Of a stretch of 64,000 bases of DNA, positions 26,411 through 34,661 are shown in pieces (within the stretch, counting starts at the first letter, position 1; every line of letters starts with the position of its first letter). Origin of the DNA: an uncultured Candidatus Saccharibacteria bacterium (lineage in GTDB: Bacteria; Patescibacteriota; Dojkabacteria; SC72); contig CAZSUV010000001.1 in assembly GCA_964610125.1 (NCBI GenBank), forward strand, positions 319,877 through 383,876. The letters are read 5' to 3'. The notes under the pieces are model-generated. The model did not search any database. It saw only the letters and a program-made list of their open reading frames with translations, and had not been told where the DNA came from. The position numbers and the translations under genes were made by a program.

Positions 26411-27876
26411 CTTCCTGAAACATTTCCTATGGTGATATAGTCTTTAACTTCTTCTAGTACGGATTCTTGAGGTGTTGCAAATTTCTCTCCGTCAAACTGT
26501 AAACCTTCTGAAAATAGGAATTTTTGCAACTCGTTTTGAGATACAACATCCAATTCTGGCCATACAGAACACATATTCTTGAGAAAGTAGGTTGAATATT
26601 CAAGTAATTCATCGTTTTGTTCCTCAATAGGGGAATATTGTGCTATCTCAAATCCGATCTGCGCATACTCATCTTCAAGCTTATCAAGTTGTTCTTTTGC
26701 TATTCGTGGCGGAAGTATTCCATCTATGTTTTGCTGTGATATGGCGCTTTCCTGATTTGTAATTTGCTTTTGCCTTTCTTGCAGTATTTTTAAGTCTGTT
26801 TGATGGGCTTGTTCTTTCTCTTTCCAGTTTAGTTCTATTGCCTTTTTTGTTAGCTCTACGAGGCCCTCAGATAGGCTTACAGACGTAAGATATTCTTCAA
26901 AGGCTTCATGGACCTCTTTCCTTTTCAAGTTAACATTTTTACAAAAAGTACATTTGTAATATGGGTATTTATGTCTAGTCCAGTTTGCCGTCATTTTTCG
27001 GTTACAATGAGGGCACAAGATAGTACCTCTTAAAGGAAAATCTGGGTGTATTTTTCTATATACAGGGGGATTATGATTCTTACCATCGAGAATATCTTGT
27101 ACTAGGTCAAAGATTTTTGGTTCTATAATTGCGGGGAATGATCCTCTGATATATAAATCCATGTTTGGGATATTAATAAATCCTTTGTATATTGGTCTTC
27201 TAACTAATCGATGGAAACTAGAACGACCATACATTTTGTTATTATTATCCTTCAGTCCTATTTTATATGAATAAATTCGAGCATCTTCAATCGTATGCCC
27301 TCCTTCCGAAAGGTACTGAAAAATCTTCTTAATAATTTGTGCTTCTGTTTCATTCTGAATTAAGTTTGCCTTTCCTCTTCCTCCTGTTTGTATATATCCG
27401 TATGGAGCTGCATATACCCATCGTCCTTGTTTTAATGCTTCCATTGTCCCATTTCTTGCTCTCTCTCCTCTGATTTCATTATCCATCTGAGCAGAGGCTG
27501 CCATCATGGTCTCGAAGAAGCGTCCAGCTGGACTATCTTCAAGATTCTCCGTTAAGGAATGTATGCGAACATTATACCTTGCTAATAAAACTTTGAGACT
27601 TCCATAATCAAGTTGCTGTCTGGAGAGTCGATCTATTTTGTAAATTACGAGTGTATCAACAAGATTCTTATTTTTGCTAACAAAATCTAGTAGTTCTTTA
27701 AGTTTAGTTCGATTAATAGTTTTTGCACTCTCTCCATGTTCAATAAATTTCTTAACTATACATAGATCATTCTTTGAGGCAAATTCCTCGCACATTTTTT
27801 CTTGTGTTATCAAACTCAAGCCATTTTCTGCTTGCTCTTTAGTTGAAACACGGCAATAAATTATAATGTTCTTCAT
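26356..27876 (-). CDS. large serine recombinase (resolvase/invertase catalytic domain + recombinase domain + zinc ribbon)
   Basis: N-terminal IIYCRVSTKEQ (catalytic Ser). The recombinase domain includes a C-terminal CPHCNRKMTAN...YYKCTFC zinc ribbon. 506 aa. The 3' end reads into the tRNA-Lys/att region. Confidence 0.85.
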   Translation of the reverse strand: MKNIIIYCRVSTKEQAENGLSLITQEKMCEEFASKNDLCIVKKFIEHGESAKTINRTKLKELLDFVSKNKNLVDTLVIYKIDRLSRQQLDYGSLKVLLARYNVRIHSLTENLEDSPAGRFFETMMAASAQMDNEIRGERARNGTMEALKQGRWVYAAPYGYIQTGGRGKANLIQNETEAQIIKKIFQYLSEGGHTIEDARIYSYKIGLKDNNNKMYGRSSFHRLVRRPIYKGFINIPNMDLYIRGSFPAIIEPKIFDLVQDILDGKNHNPPVYRKIHPDFPLRGTILCPHCNRKMTANWTRHKYPYYKCTFCKNVNLKRKEVHEAFEEYLTSVSLSEGLVELTKKAIELNWKEKEQAHQTDLKILQERQKQITNQESAISQQNIDGILPPRIAKEQLDKLEDEYAQIGFEIAQYSPIEEQNDELLEYSTYFLKNMCSVWPELDVVSQNELQKFLFSEGLQFDGEKFATPQESVLEEVKDYITIGNVSGSEPPGTRTQHLLLKRQLL

Positions 27877-28049
27877 TTTTTCTTCCCCAAATTTTTAGAT
27901 CTTAAATATGATTCTATAACAATATTTGAGAGTCTTTCTACATTAGGAATAAGAAAAGGAATATCCTCCTCTGGAATCTTTAAGGATTTGGCTATAGCGA
28001 CTAACTTTTTATACTTTGCATCAAATGCAGGATCGAAACTAATAGGCAT
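27873..28049 (-). CDS. 58-aa ORF translationally coupled to the recombinase (ATGA overlap). Putative recombination directionality factor/excisionase-like protein.
   Basis: MPISFDPAFDAKYKKLVAIAKSLKIPEEDIPFLIPNVERLSNIVIESYLRSKNLGKKK. Its stop overlaps the recombinase ATG. The position relative to the recombinase is typical for Xis/RDF genes. Confidence 0.35.
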   Translation of the reverse strand: MPISFDPAFDAKYKKLVAIAKSLKIPEEDIPFLIPNVERLSNIVIESYLRSKNLGKKK

Positions 28050-28267
28050 CTAAACAAGCGTACTTATTTATTTTTCGTGCCTAACCTTGGTTAGACACAA
28101 GATGATGCATAAATCAGTTTTCTCCTTACATAAAAAGTTAGTTACCCGTCTCAGATGAGACATTTGTATCTTACAAAATTGCTTAAATGAAGTCAAAAGT
28201 GGAGAAATAATATTTTAATAGCAACATTTTTTTTGATCTTCCTGATGTGTATAAATGTTTAGAGTTT

Positions 28268-28511
28268 TGCTATAATTTATTTGACCTAAACCATATGAAT
28301 TTATGTGGCATGGTTACTAAAGATATTAGCTAATAACTAATATCTACAATCCAACACAATGGCAGAGGCGGGCTTCCGTTTCACTATCATTGTGTTGGTT
28401 ACAGACCGAAAGGTTTGTAGATACCCCGAAAGAGGTATCGGTGAGCGGGAGTCCACTTTCGCAAAGGTTGGCTCTTACTCGTAACCAACCTAAGTTATTA
28501 AAAAAAAGGCT
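28268..28511 (+). ncRNA. candidate structured 5' leader/ncRNA (riboswitch-like) upstream of the Zn-ribbon membrane protein gene
   Basis: Extended -10 TGCTATAAT at 28268-28276. Palindrome AGATATTAG..CTAATATCT (28321-28345). 11-bp perfect stem CCAACACAATG/CATTGTGTTGG (28349-28359/28389-28399). Two GAAA tetraloop hairpins (ACAGACC-GAAA-GGTTTGT; ATACCCC-GAAA-GAGGTAT). A CGCAAAG motif, then stem GGTTGG..CCAACC just before the RBS. Confidence 0.35.
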
Positions 28512-29693
28512 ATGGAGACACAATGTCCTAGCTGTAATAAGAGTGTAGACGTTTATGGTCCAGGAAGGCATAAATGCTCATGGTGTGGTGATTCTTTTAC
28601 TATTAGTGAGAAAAAATTCTCAACAATGAAAGAATCTTTTCGATCTGTCCATGCGACTAATTCTCCTTCTTTAATTTCTTCAGTTGCTGTGGTATTTCTT
28701 TGGATATTATCAGTACTTGGTTTCTTACTAGGCCTAGTATTCTTAGCGGGGAATGCTCTTTCAGGTGCTTTTGCCCTATGTTCTGCATTTATTATTCTCC
28801 CTCCCATCGCCAAATTACTTATCAAATTATTCCATCTCAGATTAATGTATGTTTTTATTGCATCCATTGCTTTGTTTGTAGCAGGCGCAATTATTCTAAG
28901 ATTTCCCCCAGTGAAATATTTTAACTCAGCCCAATCAAATAGTACTGAAACGCAGAGAATCATCCCTGGAAAAACAGAAATAACTACTGATGACCCAAGA
29001 CAAATCCTTTCATATGATTGTGTTAATGTTACAGCAATAAAAATAGGTGAAAAGGATATAGCACCTGCGAGTATTGAGCAAATCTGTAGTGGTAAATATC
29101 ACTTAAATTTACAAAGTGGGCTAAACTCTTACCATATAGAGATAACTACAAAGTCTGGGGTATTAACAGAAGATTTATCTGTTACTTTTGATGAGGTGAC
29201 ATACAATGCCAAACTGAAGGCAATTGCAGATGCAAAGGCACAAGCAGAGGCAGATGCAAAGGCTGCGGAAGAAGCTAAACTACAAGGATATGCAACAAGT
29301 TATTGTGCTAATAGAAAAACCGCAACGAGAAAATATGGGACATTTACGATATCGGATAAAGGTATTTCTGCTGAATTTTCAAAAGGCAAACAAGGACGAT
29401 ATCTAAAAATTGCTGACTGTAGAGCTATCATCGACACAATGATAGCTACAATGAAGAAAAGGGAAGGCTCTGTGAAGTCAGATATTCTTGATTTGATAAT
29501 AGCTGGAGAATACAAAATGGGGATGTATGAATATTATTTCTTTGCATCCGCGGGGAATCCTGATGATATAAATAACTCACAATATGGATCAAATGAGCAT
29601 GATCAAGTGATATATTACAAAGATTCTTATGGAATTAGTGCAAATTACTATTATTTTGATAATGGTGTTTTAACATCAACACAGGATTTCTAG
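28512..29693 (+). CDS. zinc-ribbon membrane protein with large extracytoplasmic domain (element cargo)
   Basis: N-terminal CPSCNKS...HKCSWCG zinc ribbon and three TM helices. The ~250-aa outer domain has an AKAQAEADAKAAEEAK linker and a Tyr/Asn-rich C-terminus. Confidence 0.5.
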   Translation: METQCPSCNKSVDVYGPGRHKCSWCGDSFTISEKKFSTMKESFRSVHATNSPSLISSVAVVFLWILSVLGFLLGLVFLAGNALSGAFALCSAFIILPPIAKLLIKLFHLRLMYVFIASIALFVAGAIILRFPPVKYFNSAQSNSTETQRIIPGKTEITTDDPRQILSYDCVNVTAIKIGEKDIAPASIEQICSGKYHLNLQSGLNSYHIEITTKSGVLTEDLSVTFDEVTYNAKLKAIADAKAQAEADAKAAEEAKLQGYATSYCANRKTATRKYGTFTISDKGISAEFSKGKQGRYLKIADCRAIIDTMIATMKKREGSVKSDILDLIIAGEYKMGMYEYYFFASAGNPDDINNSQYGSNEHDQVIYYKDSYGISANYYYFDNGVLTSTQDF

Positions 29694-29696
29694 TGC

Positions 29697-29714
29697 TGCA
29701 ACAACGTTGTTGCA
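29697..29714. repeat. 18-bp perfect palindrome TGCAACAACGTTGTTGCA immediately after the stop of the membrane protein gene
   Basis: Self-complementary by inspection. Possible terminator stem or operator. Confidence 0.6.
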
Positions 29715-29732
29715 AAGGCGTTTCGAATTTTT

Positions 29733-29841
29733 CGGTGCGTATAAAAAAGGGGATTTTTGAATAGCTTTTGACACTTTTCCGATGCGTATAAAAAGGGGAT
29801 TTGAGATAAGTTTTTACTTTTTCAGTGCATATAAAAAAGGA
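29733..29841. repeat. three direct repeats (~24 bp, period ~45 bp): CGGTGCGTATAAAAAAGGGGATTT / CCGATGCGTATAAAAAGGGGATTT / CAGTGCATATAAAAAAGGAACGGA, each preceded by a T-run
   Basis: Copies at 29733-29756, 29779-29802 and 29823-29841. Each contains a TATAAAA -10-like core. A TTGACA sits in spacer 1 at 29769-29774. Confidence 0.65.
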
Positions 29842-29949
29842 ACGGAATTTGGTTATTCAATATTTTCCCCCTAATCTTATGTGAGGCCTCTTTCGTTTGT
29901 TTAACAATTTGTACTTGTAAATTACATTTATTATCAATATAATCAAAGA

Positions 29950-30264
29950 ATGGAACCCAATAACGATCAAATCCAGGAAATACAACTTGCTGGGAAGAAG
30001 TTAGACTCCAATACCCAGGACATTTCAATAATAGAAGAATATGGAAAGAATCTTTTCTTAGAAAATGAAAAGTTTATTAAAGAAAAAGTTCCAGATAATT
30101 GGTTCGCAATTATAGACCCATTTAATGCTTTGCTTATTGCTTCGCCAGATACTGTAACGCTATATCAATATTCTCAGAAAAGAACATCTAATATGCTCTT
30201 TTACTTCGTTGGTCTGATAAAAAACAGTTTTAAGAATATGTACATATATGCAAGAAGAGATTAA
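29950..30264 (+). CDS. hypothetical protein (104 aa), overlapping the downstream protease gene by 17 nt
   Basis: ORF with start 100 nt downstream of the repeat trio. No recognisable motifs. Confidence 0.3.
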   Translation: MEPNNDQIQEIQLAGKKLDSNTQDISIIEEYGKNLFLENEKFIKEKVPDNWFAIIDPFNALLIASPDTVTLYQYSQKRTSNMLFYFVGLIKNSFKNMYIYARRD

Positions 30265-30727
30265 GCAACAAAGATTAGAATTCCCTGTCGCAGATAACTT
30301 TTCACCAGAAATTACAATTGAGGTTATTGGACTTTCAGGGGAGTCTAGGAAAGTTGTTGCTATAGTCGATACTGGATTCACAGGTTTTTTACAAATACCT
30401 TTGGCAATAGGAATTTCATGCAATTTAGCCCTTTGGAGTATTAGTACTTCCATCCTAGCAGATGGGAGCAGGGTTCGTAACCTTCAATGTTTTGGGAAAA
30501 TTCGTTTTGGAAACAAAGAACTAGCTAATATACTGACATTATCTGATACTGGAAACGACTGCTTATTAGGGGTGCAATTCCTCCAAGAGTTAAAGGGAGA
30601 ATTCATCTTATCACATGCCGAAAAGAAAGCGATTTTTTGTTTCCCAGAAGTTGAACAATTAAAAGATGGTCCTAAAGATAAAACGGCTGAAAGTGGTACG
30701 AAATCAAAGAAAGAAAAGAAAAAATAA
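30248..30727 (+). CDS. retropepsin-like (clan AA) aspartyl protease
   Basis: VAIVDTGFTGFLQIPL contains the D-T-G-(F/A) catalytic triad in a hydrophobic context. The later LLGVQFL is flap/dimerisation-like. Lys-rich C-terminal tail. 159 aa. Confidence 0.6.
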   Translation: MQEEIKQQRLEFPVADNFSPEITIEVIGLSGESRKVVAIVDTGFTGFLQIPLAIGISCNLALWSISTSILADGSRVRNLQCFGKIRFGNKELANILTLSDTGNDCLLGVQFLQELKGEFILSHAEKKAIFCFPEVEQLKDGPKDKTAESGTKSKKEKKK

Positions 30728-30749
30728 TTGAATCCCCTTTTGTGAAGAT

Positions 30750-31592
30750 TTACAGTGCTAATATGCTAGAAGGTTTTCCGAGGCAGCATTTTTTATACTT
30801 TAATCCACTTCCGCACGGGCAAGGGGAATTACGTCCGATTTTAGTTTTATTTCTAACAGTTGTTTGTATTGGTTCAACGCTTAAACACATATCGGCTATT
30901 TGAAAACCACTTGAATTTTTATATATATTGGCAGTAGGGCATACATATCCAGGCTCTAAAGTCTTTCTAACCTCATGGGCAATTTGCCTAATAGAACCTG
31001 CGATTACATCTACAAAATATGCTTTTTCTGTAGTATTGTTTCCAAACATTAATCCAAGTGAATTGAAATATTTCATATTTAGATATACCTCGTCAGTTAA
31101 CTCAGTATCTATATGAGCTCCACCATCTTGGTCTGCCACATTTAAGACTAAGTCTTTTCTTGTTAAGCCTTGTCCACTACTGTCGTTTATTACAACTGCA
31201 TTCCACCAGTCATTAAAATTAGCTTTCTTTATACCATCATGCGAAGGATCTTCATCTAAGAGAGGAATAGGATGCTTGAAACTTGGATCAATTATAGTGA
31301 GTCCATAGTGTGACATGGGAATTGAAATAGGATTCTTAACAATGTATGTGTCTAAAAAGTCCGTTGTTTCTAAAAGATTCATGCTTCCAAGAAGAGATTT
31401 GCTATTCCTAGTATCATGTAGCAAAAGCCTTAGCCTTGCTGCCATATTTTTAGCCTCTGCATAGGAACCCTCATCATAGCTTTTAATTGAGTTGTCTAGA
31501 AGCTCGAGTTGCTCCTTCAGATCATTTTGTAAATTTTCTGTAGTCTTTATATAGGTCATATTTGAAGTATAGGATATTTTTTTACATAACAA
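30750..31592 (-). CDS. SEC-C-motif (CPCGSG..KYKKCC) zinc-binding protein of unknown function
   Basis: C-terminal [15 protein letters not shown] is a textbook SecA-C-terminal-type SEC-C motif. The remaining ~250 aa have no recognised domain. The true start may be Met at 31559. Confidence 0.5.
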   Translation of the reverse strand: MLCKKISYTSNMTYIKTTENLQNDLKEQLELLDNSIKSYDEGSYAEAKNMAARLRLLLHDTRNSKSLLGSMNLLETTDFLDTYIVKNPISIPMSHYGLTIIDPSFKHPIPLLDEDPSHDGIKKANFNDWWNAVVINDSSGQGLTRKDLVLNVADQDGGAHIDTELTDEVYLNMKYFNSLGLMFGNNTTEKAYFVDVIAGSIRQIAHEVRKTLEPGYVCPTANIYKNSSGFQIADMCLSVEPIQTTVRNKTKIGRNSPCPCGSGLKYKKCCLGKPSSILAL

Positions 31593-31790
31593 AAGATATG
31601 GGGCTAGGGAAGCAATATTCTCTCTAAAGATACTAGAGCGTAAGTAAGCTTATAGGGGCGTTGTTTTTGAAACTTCTCTAGCAGACAGAAGTATAATATG
31701 CTAATGCTGAAGTATACAATCGCAAAGTTATATATGAATCAAGCAGATGATCTAAATTTTAGAAGAAATGCCTATGAATAATAAATAAAA

Positions 31791-31830
31791 AAGACCTCAA
31801 ATGTGTAGTTTATGAGGTCTTTTTCTTAGG
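31791..31830. terminator. bidirectional intrinsic-terminator-like hairpin (AAAAAAGACCTCA..TGAGGTCTTTTTCTT)
   Basis: 9-bp stem AGACCTCAT/ATGAGGTCT flanked by an A-run and a T-run, in the 240-nt gap between divergent genes. Confidence 0.5.
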
Positions 31831-31904
31831 ACATGTATTTCGATAAACACATTGTACTAATGTTTTCCAATAACTTCAAGATTTTAATTTTAAGGGTTAC
31901 TACA

Positions 31905-32192
31905 ATGTCTGAATATAATATTTATGCGACTAGCAGAGTTTCAAGTACTCCAATCTATTCGGAGGAAGAAATATCTGGTTATTACTTTTGGTTAAACGGG
32001 GTCCAAAGGTATCTTTCTAAGGCGGATATGAGGAATGCGTATCGAGTTGGAGATCAATATTTTACCTATCGCTCTAATTCTCAGCCAAGAACGGCGTGTT
32101 CTTGGGAGATAAGCACTCGTAGAGAATGGTATCTAAAGAGTTATCCTAACAATACAAGTGCAGATAACCTTTTATCTTTGCCAATAATATAG
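31905..32192 (+). CDS. hypothetical protein (96 aa from Met 31905), last gene inside the element
   Basis: ORF only. Start chosen at the first Met after the terminator hairpin. Confidence 0.3.
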   Translation: MSEYNIYATSRVSSTPIYSEEEISGYYFWLNGVQRYLSKADMRNAYRVGDQYFTYRSNSQPRTACSWEISTRREWYLKSYPNNTSADNLLSLPII

Positions 32193-32399
32193 GTGGTAAG
32201 GGGCATTGAAATATATGCCCCTCCTATACAGTACTATTCCCATGCTGTATTTATACTCAGGCTTTCAGGTGTAATATTCAATCGCTTTAATAAAGATCCT
32301 AGGCTTAACAACCTTTCTGTAATTTGTTGCAAAACTTTTCCAGGCGGCTCACTTTCTCTCCATAGACTTATCCACATTCTTAACATATAATGATGATAT

Positions 32400-33716
32400 A
32401 TGGATATAAAATCTCAAACTACCCAAACCGATCTTTATTCTAAAGAGCTCATATTTCAAGGAGCACTAAGATTCTTCTTGCATATCCCAAAAGAAATAGA
32501 CAAAAAAGCATTCAAAATAGCTAAAGATATTCTTACAGAAATAGAAATATGGGAACTAGGATATGGGAATAAGAACTTTTCAAAGTTAAAAAACAATTCT
32601 ATTTTAGTAGGATATCTAGCATACAAATTTGGAGAACTCATAGGGTTAGACAAGAAGGAACTCTCAAATGTATATATTGCTGGATTAGTACAAGATATAG
32701 GTAAGATATATATGTGTGATGGGAATAAGGCATTGGCATATGAATATATAACCTCACCACTAAAGAAGGGGGAAAAAGGATTTGATGAAATAGCTAAAGC
32801 ATTAAAAAAATATCCATCTAAAACCAGAGAATATTTAGAAAAGAAAACCAAACTAAATGGATATATTGTAGATTCAGCAACTAACTACCATGCAATATAC
32901 AGTAATCTTTTTAAAGAGGGTTATCCTGATACAGACAAAGAAATATCTCAATTAGATACAGTACTTTGGTTTGCAGATAGTTTAAGTGCAATCTCATTTA
33001 GTAGTATTGATCAATTACAAAGAAACTACAGTAAGGACAGGTACATATCCCTCATAGAAGGTTTTGAATTACTAAGAGAACAAACTGAGGAGAAGATTCC
33101 AAAGTTCTGGGGTAAAGCCTCAAGCACTACACTCATGAGTTTAGCCTTTACCATGATTATGGGAATGGTTTCTACAAGTAAACTTCATGCTGCAAACTAT
33201 ACCTCTCAAGAGGTCATAGCTTTAGCAAACGAAGATAGGGCTACCTTGGGTTTAGAACCATTAAATGCAGATGAAAAGCTAATGCAAGCTGCAATGGACA
33301 AAGCAAAAGATATGTTTGAAAAAGGATATTGGAATCACTATGGTCCTAATGGAGAAACTCCATGGCAATTCATAAAGGGGAAAGGATATGAATACAAAAT
33401 AGCGGGAGAGAATTTGGCCAAGGGATATACTGATGTAAAAAGAATGAATCAGGCATGGTTGAATAGTACAACACACAGGGAGAATATCCTTAAACCAGAA
33501 TTTAATGAAATTGGTGTGGCAGTTGTAGATGGTACATTAGAAGGTCAAGATGTTACATTGGTAGTGCAAATGTTTGCGAAAGAAAAGGAACAAACAGAGG
33601 TTGTACAAGAGAAAAATAACGATTCATCTACATTGCAAAAGAAGACAGAAGAGGGAATGTTATTAAGTTTCCGAGATATCTTGGAAAGGATAAGGGAGAT
33701 ATTGAAAGGAGAATAA
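32400..33716 (+). CDS. membrane-anchored protein with C-terminal CAP/SCP (PR-1-like) domain
   Basis: GYWNHYGPNGETPWQFI...GENLAKGYTDVKRMNQAWLNSTTHRENIL...IGVAVVDG matches CAP-superfamily conserved blocks. Central TM LMSLAFTMIMGMVSTS. The N-terminal cytoplasmic half is unassigned. Confidence 0.5.
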   Translation: MDIKSQTTQTDLYSKELIFQGALRFFLHIPKEIDKKAFKIAKDILTEIEIWELGYGNKNFSKLKNNSILVGYLAYKFGELIGLDKKELSNVYIAGLVQDIGKIYMCDGNKALAYEYITSPLKKGEKGFDEIAKALKKYPSKTREYLEKKTKLNGYIVDSATNYHAIYSNLFKEGYPDTDKEISQLDTVLWFADSLSAISFSSIDQLQRNYSKDRYISLIEGFELLREQTEEKIPKFWGKASSTTLMSLAFTMIMGMVSTSKLHAANYTSQEVIALANEDRATLGLEPLNADEKLMQAAMDKAKDMFEKGYWNHYGPNGETPWQFIKGKGYEYKIAGENLAKGYTDVKRMNQAWLNSTTHRENILKPEFNEIGVAVVDGTLEGQDVTLVVQMFAKEKEQTEVVQEKNNDSSTLQKKTEEGMLLSFRDILERIREILKGE

Positions 33717-34634
33717 CTACCAAATTCTACCCTGATAGTCTTCGGTAAATAGTGTATTTCCCATTGTAGGATTCTGATAGTGTTCTTTACTTAGATATAT
33801 CCCATATGGATCTCTTTGTAATTCCTTTGCTCTAGTTTCAATATTTCTGCTTGCCTCCTCGAAGTGTAAATGTACTTCATCCCATGTTTCAAATTCTTTG
33901 ATATTTGGTCTTTCACAATTCTCTTTGTATGTTAGATCTCCCCATATGATAGATGATGATCCGGTATATCCAATTAGTTCTCCTTCTTCTACCCATTTAA
34001 CATATTTACTTCCTTTGAGATATTTAAGCTCTTCTTCGTTGTAAAGGTATGATTCTTTCTTTTCCAATTTCTCATTAAATGAATATCCATATAGCTTGGT
34101 TATCCATGGATACTGTTTTACCAAAACTAAGGTTTCAGCTATTTTCTTTTCTAATTTCTCCTTACTTACTTTCTTGTGTGATTTTTTGTACTTTCTTAAT
34201 ATCTCTTTTTCATAATCAATAGTTATTGGTTTGAATGTTCTTGCATATATACCGGGAGCAAATTTTGAAAGATGCCCATATTGAGTTATTCTTCCTCCTT
34301 TAATTCCACATACTTTTTCTGGATGGAATATTTGGATGAAATATCCCATTCCTCCTGAGATTGGTAGATTATTTGTAAGTTTTAATGTTTTGTTTTTATT
34401 TAATATTGGGTATCTGTGGTAACTTGCTATCAGGTAACCACTTGCACTGGCATATACTGGAGTTCCCCATTTGCATGCATAATCTATTCCTTTGTGAAAG
34501 TAGTGTCCGTGAACACTTAATTCCTGTTTTGAATAGAGGAATCCCTCGGTTATTCGGTAATCAGACTTAATGGGGTATTTTAAGTATTTAATATTCTTAA
34601 TATTTGGCTCGTATCTTTGTTTTATTGTAGCCAT
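33717..34634 (-). CDS. M23-family (LytM-like) metallopeptidase
   Basis: HKGIDYACKWGTPVYASASGYLIAS (HxxxD and GxxV motifs) and a downstream QYGHLSKF (HxH) motif. Confidence 0.6.
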   Translation of the reverse strand: MATIKQRYEPNIKNIKYLKYPIKSDYRITEGFLYSKQELSVHGHYFHKGIDYACKWGTPVYASASGYLIASYHRYPILNKNKTLKLTNNLPISGGMGYFIQIFHPEKVCGIKGGRITQYGHLSKFAPGIYARTFKPITIDYEKEILRKYKKSHKKVSKEKLEKKIAETLVLVKQYPWITKLYGYSFNEKLEKKESYLYNEEELKYLKGSKYVKWVEEGELIGYTGSSSIIWGDLTYKENCERPNIKEFETWDEVHLHFEEASRNIETRAKELQRDPYGIYLSKEHYQNPTMGNTLFTEDYQGRIW

Positions 34635-34661
34635 ATATCATTATATCACTTATACTATTCT

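Larger units (their letters stand above)
26399..32354. mobile_element. ~5.96-kb integrative element inserted in the 3' end of tRNA-Lys, bounded by the 15-bp perfect direct repeat CCAGGCGGCTCACTT (attL 26399-26413, attR 32340-32354)
   Basis: The 15-bp identical sequence recurs exactly at both ends (18 bp with one mismatch). A large serine recombinase gene lies directly next to the tRNA. There are no structural, replication or conjugation genes inside. Confidence 0.65.

Noticed and set aside
28330-28500. Firm assignment as a c-di-GMP-I riboswitch, retron msr/msd, RNase P RNA or tmRNA
   Set aside because: The motifs (GAAAGAG, CGCAAAG) are suggestive of GEMM but the spacing does not fit. There is no reverse transcriptase for a retron. 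There are no RNase P or tmRNA consensus blocks. The region is left as an unclassified structured RNA candidate.
28344-28571. 75-aa minus-strand ORF
   Set aside because: It lies antisense across the structured leader and the start of the 28512 gene. It is Cys/Leu-rich noise with no start context.
29733-29841. The three direct repeats read as a CRISPR-like array
   Set aside because: There are only three imperfect copies with promoter-like AT-rich cores and short irregular spacers. They are more consistent with protein-binding sites or iterons.
32193-32390. 65-aa ORF spanning attR
   Set aside because: It crosses the element boundary (attR at 32340-32354), has no start context, and is likely non-coding.
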